Assembly: GCF_036321535.1 (NCBI RefSeq)
Contig: NC_087437.1
Location: 103,666,001 to 103,730,000 of the forward strand
Source of the DNA: Camelus dromedarius
Lineage: Eukaryota
Direction: 5' to 3'
DNA: 64,000 nt
Under the pieces are notes generated by a model. It saw nothing but the letters and a program-made list of their open reading frames with translations, was not told where the DNA came from and ran no database searches. Each line of letters begins with the position of its first letter. The first letter of the stretch is position 1. Shown piece after piece: positions 55,432 to 64,000 of the stretch. The translations under genes and the position numbers were made by a program.

Positions 55432-55945
55432 AAGTGTCCATCAACAGATGAATGCATAAAGAAGATGTGAGGGGTATGTGTGTGTGTAGATATACAGACA
55501 TAGGAGTATTACCCAGCCATAAAAAAGAATAAAATTTTGCCTTTTGCAAAACATGGATATACCTGCAGGGTATTATGCTTAGTGAAATGCCAAGACAGAG
55601 AAAGAAAATATTTTGTGTTACCACTTATGTGTGGAATCAAAAAAACAAAAACAAATGAATATAACAAAACAGAAACAGATTCACAGACACAGAGAACAAT
55701 TAGTAGTTACCAGTGGAGAGAGGGAAGGGCGTGGGGAAAGATAGACGTAGGAGTTTAAAAGGTACAAACTACTGTGCATAAAATAAATAAGCTACAAGAA
55801 TATATTATACAGAACAGGGAATATAGCCAATAATTTACAATAATTTTAAATGGAGTATAATCTATAAATATATTGAATCACTATGAAACTAATATAATAT
55901 TTTAAACCAACTATAATCCAATAAAAATTAAAATATAAATGAAAT
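55432..55945 (+). mobile_element. L1 3' end (L1MA-like) with A-rich tail
   Basis: aagtgtccatcaacagatgaatg...aacagaaacagattcacagacacagagaac...actataatccaataaaaatt. Confidence 0.93.
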
Positions 55946-55949
55946 TTTT

Positions 55950-56940
55950 AAAAATACAATGAAAAAAAAAGCTTACTATCTGTTTCCTTCTAGGAATTAT
56001 ATGATTTCAAGTCTTACATTTAAGTCCTTAATTTGTTTTGAGTTGATTTTGCATATGGTGTGAGAGAATAGTCTAATTTTATTTTTTTGTATGTGGCTGT
56101 CCAGTTTCTCTCCAACACTAATTATAGAAGAGAGTATACTTTCTCCATTGCATGTTCTTTGCTCTTTTGTCATGAATTAATTGTCCACACATGTGTAGGT
56201 CTATTTCTGGGATCTCTTCTGTTCCATTAATCACATATCTGATTTTCTGTCAATACCATGCTATTCTAATCATTATAGCTTCATAATATAGTTTGAAATC
56301 AGGGCGTGTGATACCTGTAGCTGTGTTCTTTTGTCACAGAATTGCTTTGCCTATTTGAGGTCTTGTGTGCTTCCATATAAATTTTAGAATTTTGTGTTAT
56401 ATTTTTGTGAAAAATGTCCTTGGGATTTTGATGGGGATTGCACTGAATCTGTAGATTGCTTTAGGCACTACAGACATTTTAACAATGTTCATTCTCCTAA
56501 TCTGTGAGCCCAGACTATCTTCCCATTTATTTGTGTCGGCTTCAGTTTCTTCCAACAATGTCTTATTGTTTTCAGTGTGTACAGGTCTTTTACCTTCTTA
56601 GTTTTATTCCTAGGTATTTCATTCTTTTTGTTGCCATTGTAAATGGGATTGTCTCCTTAATTTATCTTTCTTATTTATCTTTTTGCCCGATTGCTCTGGC
56701 CTGGACTTCCCAATACTATTTTGAGTAAGAGTGGCAAGACTGGACTCTGTCTAGTTCCCAGTCTTACAGGGATTAGCTTTCAGATTTTCACCCTTGATTA
56801 TGATGTTATCTGTGGGTGCGTCATATTTGGCTTTTATTATGTTGAGGTACATTCCTTCTATGTGTGTTAGAGGTGTGTTAAATTCCTCTATTATTATTGT
56901 GTTGCTGTCAAATTCTCGCTTTAGATCTAACAGTAATTTT
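55950..56940 (-). mobile_element. L1 ORF2 fragment with two internal deletions
   Basis: gtcttacatttaagtcc...gggattgcactgaatctgtagattgctttagg...tttattatgttgaggtacattccttctat. Confidence 0.92.
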
Positions 56941-58006
56941 TTAATGACATTTTATACATGGAGAGATTCACTGTATTATAGTCCATCTATAATGAAATAT
57001 GTATCTAATAATGACAGTTATATAAATTAATATTTATACCATGCCTTTAATGAAAAGAAGTCTGTGTTTATATTTTGGGCTCTATTAAAGTGTTATAAAT
57101 TACAGTGAAAAGTTTGTGATCAATTCTCAAAGAAAAAGCTTGATTTTTTAAAAATTATAATTATGGACGCTCTCTTTATCATTAAAATTTCAAAAGTAAT
57201 AGAACTAAAAATAGTGCATAGAAAATATAATTATATATTTAATTTCTCATTGGACAATATAACCTGCTATCAAGAGTCTATGAATTTTTTGGCACAGTCT
57301 GTATCAAAGCAATGGAGACGGACGCTGCTGACAATACTCAAAAGTGACACCTTTTTCCTCCGCAATCTTAGTCACAATCCTGACATAAAATCTCAGTGAA
57401 TGATTTTATACTTTAATAAATACCCCTCCTCCCATACATGTTTTTGCAAACAAATGCAAAGATATACAATATGTGTTACTGTATTTTGGAGAAATGTTGT
57501 GCTTTAGCAAACAAATTGGAATGCACAATTTTTTACAATAAAAAATTTCATAAAGCATGCTTTTTTTTTTTTTTTTGAGAAAACGTGTCATTGTTTTGGG
57601 GGGGAATTAAAAAAAATATGCTTTGGAATTCATACAGTTACCAGAAAGCACTGTCTTTCCATGCAGGAGTTACTGAAGTTTGTTTGGAAGCAATAATTAT
57701 TCAGTCTTTAAGTCCTCATACATATCCATTTTATTTCACCCGTTTCTTAAATCTCTTGGGTTAAACAAAACATGGAAATAAATGTCTTATCTTATACCAT
57801 TCCCTGAGTTACGTTACAATAATATGCACAGAGGAAAGCAGTTTCCCTACCAAGCCATGAAAACTGCTTCTCAGCTAGAAACACAAATGTTCTTCTTGAC
57901 TGAGTTTTAATGAAGATAGATATATACACCTGCCAATGCATAGAGAGAAAGGGAGAAGGGGAGGAAGGGAGAAGGCAGGAAATGGAATCCAAGTGAACGC
58001 ACTTAC

Positions 58007-58450
58007 GAGCAAGTAGAACCTGTGGGCCTTCTTTGTCTGATAGGATTGTCACCCGCGAGTCTGGACATAAGTGCAGAGCTCGTCTTGCAAAGCAACTTTT
58101 CCTACCACTCCAATTTCCTATCCTGTCTTCTTTTCAGCCTAGTGTAAAGCTATTCAAATCAAACCCCTCTCGGTCTGATTTTCTGATCTAATTACAACAG
58201 CCTTTTCTCAGCAATCAACATCAATGTTACGTTCCATGAAATTGCCTTGTATTTTAACGAGTGGTGTTTGCCACCCATATTCACTTTCTTTTTTACTGAC
58301 TCAAATACAGCTGCTATTAACAGTCCTTACAGGCCGCCTACATCTCTCTGATCATGACAGGATAGGTTTAGATGTAGAGTGTCTTCAACATAACAATTGT
58401 GCCTTCTCCTCGGTACATGTAAATCTGAATCCTTGCTCTGAGAATATCAC
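58007..58450 (-). other. Candidate non-coding first exon of an unidentified minus-strand transcript
   Basis: Donor CTC|GTAAGT at 58006-58001 within a repeat-free, CpG-retaining block; 5' boundary unknown. Confidence 0.3.
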
Positions 58451-59040
58451 ACAAGCCTGACAACCAAATAGAAAATAGACTTTATCCTCTAAAGCACTAT
58501 TTCTGTACACATACACACGTCCACGCACATACACAGACATGCAGCATATAACGCATCAACTTAAATCATAACAGAATCAGGTGTTTAGTTCAAAATTCTG
58601 TCCCAAAGTATGACCACCAAAATCATTATCAGTGTTTATCCTTAGTGAATAAAATAAGACAATTTCATACTTACAGATGACAACTTCAATCTTTAGCATT
58701 TTGTAACTTTTTTTTTCCTTTGGCAATCTATTTTCATCCCCACAGTTCACTGAGGCTGTAAACTCTAAGTGGAGTGGAAGGGCAGGGCAATCAAAATGCA
58801 GAATATTGAAAAGGTTGAAGTAATAAAGCACCTTTCCCAGGATATATGACATTAAGATTTTGATACTTTATATTAGTGCAGAGATTACATTGGGAAAGGA
58901 AAATGGCACAACAAAAAGAAATTATTTTTAAATGGCTATTTCATGAGGAGTCTACAGTAGAAAATTGATTTCTTTAAGTCTCAAATATTAACATTGTTGT
59001 CATAATTTTAAGTTAAATTTACTAAAGACCAGTTAAATTT

Positions 59041-59110
<70 letters not shown>
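59041..59110. repeat. (TA)n(TG)n microsatellite
   Basis: Directly visible. Confidence 0.97.
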
Positions 59111-59112
<2 letters not shown>

Positions 59113-59640
59113 GACACATATATTAAGGTTTGGTGTTTCTATTTTAGGTTTTAGGTTTATTGGCAATATGTATCTCAAACTTTAATATAATGCCTAACAG
59201 TATGTACTGTAATATGCATATAGTATGGCCAATAAAACCTTGCTTGTATCAGAATAAACATTTTAATGCCATGGAGGGTTACATCTTGTAGGCTAGAATC
59301 CTAATGAGTTTTACTATTAAGAGTTCAAAAAACTTTCAGCTGAGTGACATTCTTTTCTATGTATTTGTGTTAAAGTTTTGAGTTACTTATTTTTTCCTTC
59401 AGTCTTTTTTTCTTACTGTGAGATTCAGGTCATTATAAGAGAGAGTAATCAGTTCCCTCAAGGATTCTTAGGCTGAAGGGTTTTGATGAGCACGGCAGTC
59501 TGAACACAGATACTTGTCTAATTTATTATTCCCCAATATGGCACTTAATGTGATCTCAGGATGAACTTTCATGGTAAGTTGCAGTTCAGGTGCACATTCA
59601 AAAATTCTTTAAACATTTATTCTCTGCCAGGGTATTGTTT

Positions 59641-59960
59641 CAGCAGTTCCGGTCCAGAATTATGGACTCTTCTACAATTCAGGGGTCCGGGAGATGAAAA
59701 TTTTTCATAATAATACCAAGATGGTATCTGTCTTCTTCTTTTCAAATCTCTCAGGAGAGTACAGTGAAGTCTACCAGGAGCTATTCGATATCGGATACCA
59801 CAAAAGGCTGGATATGAGATATGAGAATCTGGCTGCCTTATACTGCCAGACATTAAAGAGAAGGGCAAAAACACAAAATAAAGTTATTTTTTTTTGTTAA
59901 CTATTTTTGCTCTGGAAAATGTATTTCTAAATATTATTTTTGTTATGTTTATTATACTAT
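59641..59960 (+). mobile_element. hAT-Charlie element (MER119-like)
   Basis: ttttcataataataccaagatg...gatatgagaatctggctgcc...gccagacattaaagaga. Confidence 0.8.
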
Positions 59961-60799
59961 TTTAAAGTGAATTAATAACTAAGATAGAGTAATTAGGCTT
60001 AAATATTTCTAAAGTTTAATCCTAGTATATTTCTCACAGATATAAGATACACAAAAAGATATTTGGGACCTTTAATTATATTTAAGGATATATTCTGGCT
60101 ATATTGTCAGAAGTTTTGTGAGCTGCTACCCTGGATTCCAGAATTTAGAGTGTTAATCAGTTTTCTCCATTCTGTTCCTGAGAATTCATACAAAGCCTAC
60201 AGCATGAGTTGTAGCTATCTTATTGTTGTTTCTTACTCTAAGTTCTTGATAAAGTTGTGTGCAATCTTCAAGCAGCTTATACCATTTCCTATGATAAAGC
60301 AAGAACCAGGAGAAATGTCTGATAAATAGGGATGTTCCATTGCTCTGCTTCTCTGATTTCCAATTTTTCCTTAGAGACGCAAAAGAAAGATCTGAGACTG
60401 TAGTATTTTCAGTTTTTCTTCTTCCCGTCTCCTTTGCTGCTATGTGGTCTTACTTGCGTAAAAACGTAGCTCCAGATAGAGTACTTTACCTCAACCTCTG
60501 TATGATTCATTTTACAAACTTTCCTCATCTAGCTTACTCAGCTGTGCAATTAAGGATGATTCAATACGTGTATCTAAGACACTTAAAACAAATCTAATTA
60601 CGTATATTCTCACTTCTCTTGCAGATTTTTGTTTAGTATCTACTGCCCCACAAGACAATTCATATCTACATTGTACTAGGATGATTATATCATTCAGGAT
60701 CTTCCCTTTTTTTTATTGTATTTTCTGGCTCTAAAACTGCCCATACACATGCTTTTTAAACAGAAAAGTTTTTTCATCTAGCATTGAGGATAATTCTTT

Positions 60800-61035
60800 C
60801 CCACAGACTTTAAATACAGACTATTGGCTAGAAGCCCAGCTCTGCCATGCATTATTTACACACTGTTGGGCAAATTACTGATATCTCTAAATCTCTAATT
60901 GTTCATCCATAAAATGGGAAAATAACAGTACCTATCTTATGAGGTTATTGTTAGAACTACATGGGTTAAAACATGAAATGTTTTTTATAAACATGCTGAC
61001 ACATAGAAGATTTTGAATAAATGTTTGTTATAATT
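60800..61035 (+). mobile_element. MIR SINE
   Basis: cccagctctgcca...ttgggcaaattact...catccataaaatgggaaaataacagtacctatcttatgaggttattg. Confidence 0.9.
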
Positions 61036-61292
61036 TTCTTATTTTATTGTTAAACTCGAATTCTTGGTGACCTTTATTTTCTCCCCTAGTAAGCCTCATT
61101 GTATTCTGACAAGATCTTTCAGTCTAATACACACATTAGTCTTCTCTCTGCAAACGTTTACAAGTTATTTGAGAATCAGAAGCAGGCTATGTTTAATCTG
61201 TGTTGAGTGTTATTTTAAATTAAAACTATAACATGTTTTTTTTTAAATTTTCAGATATAAGGTGTGCTCTCAAAGCTGATATTCAAGGGTAC

Positions 61293-61468
61293 TTATTTTT
61301 CAGTTTTATTGAGATGTAATTGACATATAACATTGTATTACTTTATTAGTTTTAGGTGCACAACATGATGACTTGATATATGTATATATATTGAGAAATG
61401 ATTATACACTAATCATTTATGGTTTAGTTAAATCCATCACCTCACATTGCTACAAATTTCTTTTTTTA
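61293..61468 (-). mobile_element. L1 3' terminal fragment (L1MA9-like)
   Basis: cagttttattgagatgtaattgacatataacattgt...tccatcacctcaca. Confidence 0.88.
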
Positions 61469-62079
61469 GGTCATCTTTTAAATCTTAAAAGTTATTGTCA
61501 CAAGAAAAAAATTATAACCTAATTTTTTTAACTTCAAAGATTTAGATTCAGAATCAAGAATTTTGGATGGGGAAAAAGACATGCCATCAATGAATTAGTA
61601 TGAAACATATCATTTTAAGTCTGAAACAATTTTATGTGAAAATCCTAATTCCACTTTTGTTGTAAACCAGAGATACCTGTTGCTAACATGAAATTCTATG
61701 AAAACATAAATTAATTTATAATTTGAAGTAATCCAAACTCAGAAAAATTTTAACAGCTTTAAAAAGAAAGTGGATTTGGCTATCTCCTTTATTGACAACA
61801 ATGACATTAAGCACTCACAGACTCCATCATTAAAAGATTTTACAAAGCATCGTGTATTTAGTTTTTCGCTTGTTTGTTTAAATTAAGCTTAATTGGACAG
61901 GAAGGTAGTTTTAGCAGAAAAAAATCTCTATGTAAAAGCTGGTCTATCTGTTCTTGAGCTGAAGCCCTCATATAGTCAAATATTATACACATCAATTTTT
62001 TAAATCTATGTTTTGGAAAAATAATGCACTCTACGGTGTAGTATCAGTTAGATAGATAAGGAACTTGACTTCACATGAT

Positions 62080-62380
62080 GATGATCTCTTTCATTTACAC
62101 AAGTCCCTTTTTAAATATCACATCCTCTGAGGGAACTTACTAACTGCCCTGTCCATATATAATAATAAATGCCTCCCACTCTCTACCTCTTACTTTTTCC
62201 ATAGCAACTTCAACTCCTAAAACAAACTGTATTTCTCGATTTATTGTTTATCTTCACTAGAATTAACTTCAGTGAAACAAAGGACTTGTTCCTGCTCTCT
62301 GCTGTATATATTTCCAGTTTTTGGAAGCATTCTTGGTAAATATTAGGTCTCTAGTAAATATTTGCCTAATGAATGAATGC
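62080..62380 (+). mobile_element. L2a 3' end
   Basis: aaatatcacatcctctgag...gtaaatatttgcctaatgaatgaatg. Confidence 0.85.
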
Positions 62381-63094
62381 ATTTAGAAGTAGCATTTTGC
62401 AAAAACCTCTTCAGAAGCATTTAACATATTTTTAATTCTTTAAGACATGTTTTTAATTATTATATTAACTGAACATGGAGAGAGCACACAAATAAATCAA
62501 ATCAATGAATATGTTCTGATTGATATGAGCACAAATCTACTTCAGAGCTCCTCCTTATTTAAAAGTCTTCCCCGTGAAATACAATGAGGTTCTGACAATT
62601 ATAGGTCTATCACATTTTAAAATATTTGGAAAAAATCAAAAAATTGTCTCACTTATCCTTTAATTTTTTTAATCAAAATGGGTATGTTCCATTTAACTAA
62701 ATATGAGTGCTAGTGATTATATAATAATGAAATCACCGATAAGCACAGGTAAAAAATGTTAATGAGCTTCTATGATTTTGGATGGTGTGTTTGTACCACC
62801 CAATTTAATTCATAAGCTAAATGAAATATTGAAATTAACTTTGAATGGATAAGTAGGGGAGGGCGTTGTGTATGTGAGCAACCACTCTCCAGAGCAGCTG
62901 AAACTGTGGTATGCTGTGAGTCCTAGGCTGCAAATAATCAAGAGAAATGCCATAAACATGAAGGTGCCTAGAGAAGCAAAGTCAAGCAATAGTTACAAAT
63001 ATGAGATCTGTTACAAGACCACCACTTGTTTCAATAAGTTGGTTTACATCTTTTTTTCTATAATAATAGACACTTTACCTAGGACTAGTTAAAT

Positions 63095-63505
63095 GTAGTG
63101 GAACACTACATTTTCCAGACTTCTTTGCAGCTTAATGAGGCCATTTGTCTAAGCCCTAGCCAGTGGGACTGGGAAGAAATGTTGTTTGCAACTTAAGAAT
63201 CGTGCTCCTAAAGAGAAAGGACATGCCTTCCCTTTTCCCTTTACTGCTTCCTGCTGTCTGGGAAAAAGTCATGGTAGGAAGTAGCCAGAACATCCAACTT
63301 AGACCATAAGTTGGAAACCATGGGTTACTGAGAGCAGAACACGGGAAAAGAAGAATCTTAGTCGCTGGAGGTCATCATGGAAAATGTTACACTACCTCAA
63401 TAGCCAATCTCTGGACATTAGAAGACAGAAAAATAAAATTTCATCCTTTTGTATTGTCTTTCACAGATTCTTTGTTTTGTATATTTAACTATATCCTGAT
63501 TAACC
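63095..63505 (+). mobile_element. MaLR LTR (MLT1J-like)
   Basis: actacattttccagacttctttgcagcttaatgaggccat. Confidence 0.75.
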
Positions 63506-63629
63506 TAAATTTCAAACCAAAAGTTAGAAGGATAGATCATCTTAATTATGAGAACTCACTTTTATTCTTACGTGGGTAATTCAGAGAAGTGAAAGTAGCA
63601 GTAGGATGTTATTTTCATGCGTATTCTTC

Positions 63630-64000
63630 ATATGTGTCCACATAAAGTGTATCCTGAGGTGTTTATATCTGTATGCAGGGCATTTGTTAAGGAATGCTCT
63701 GGTAATGGTGCTTCTAGGAAACAGGAGAAGTAGCTCTGGACAGAATGAGAAGTGACTGGATCCAGCTGCAAAAGAGACTTCAGTGCATCTCACCAGGTGC
63801 TCTATCTAGCCTGTCCTAAATTGAAGCGAGGAAGCCAGACATTCGTGCCATGACATCAACTACTTAATAGATATCAACTGTCCCCAGTGAACGATTTCCT
63901 AAAAGGGACTCAACTGTAAGACATCATTAGCTGGTTCTCCTGGTCAGTAAGGATAAAAGTACCTCTACTCTAAAGGGCATATCTAGACGATGCAGAATCC
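63630..64000 (-). mobile_element. ERVL LTR (LTR16-like), partial
   Basis: cctgaggtg...tgcagggcatttgttaaggaatgctctgg...tgtcctaaattgaagcgagg. Confidence 0.6.

Noticed and set aside
55432..56940. Twin-priming inverted L1
   Set aside because: The inverted piece lies 3' of the poly(A), which is the wrong geometry.
59694..59900. 68-aa ORF as a gene
   Set aside because: It lies inside a Charlie-type transposon remnant.
1..64000. ORF-track entries as real genes
   Set aside because: All are 147 aa or shorter, many use non-ATG starts and have low-complexity composition; the only recognisable ones are broken L1 ORF2.
1..64000. CRISPR array, operon or other prokaryotic system
   Set aside because: No regularly spaced repeats or dense coding; the repeat content is mammalian.

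Overview
AT-rich mammalian intergenic/intronic DNA, most likely camelid, judged from a Vic-1-type tRNA-derived SINE and artiodactyl-type L1 3' ends. I found no intact protein-coding gene, RNA gene or prokaryotic feature. The short ORFs are chance ORFs or L1 ORF2 debris. Much of the window is transposon-derived: a nested L1 stack at about 28.9-35.5 kb, many L1/L2/MIR fragments, MaLR/ERVL/ERV1 LTRs and hAT/Tigger DNA transposons. The most interesting candidate is a non-repeat, partly GC- and CpG-richer, coding-like island at about 22.0-25.9 kb on the minus strand. Its broken reading frames give a long collinear chain of short motifs resembling the central and C-terminal part of a bornavirus L polymerase, i.e. 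a possible endogenous bornavirus-like L (EBLL) fossil. This comes from by-eye alignment to a remembered Borna disease virus sequence. Each motif is individually weak, and a Gypsy-integrase reading of part of the island competes with it, so it needs tBLASTn/HMM confirmation. There is also a candidate minus-strand first exon/regulatory region at about 57.3-58.5 kb. Repeat subfamily names are recalled from consensus sequences and boundaries are approximate.
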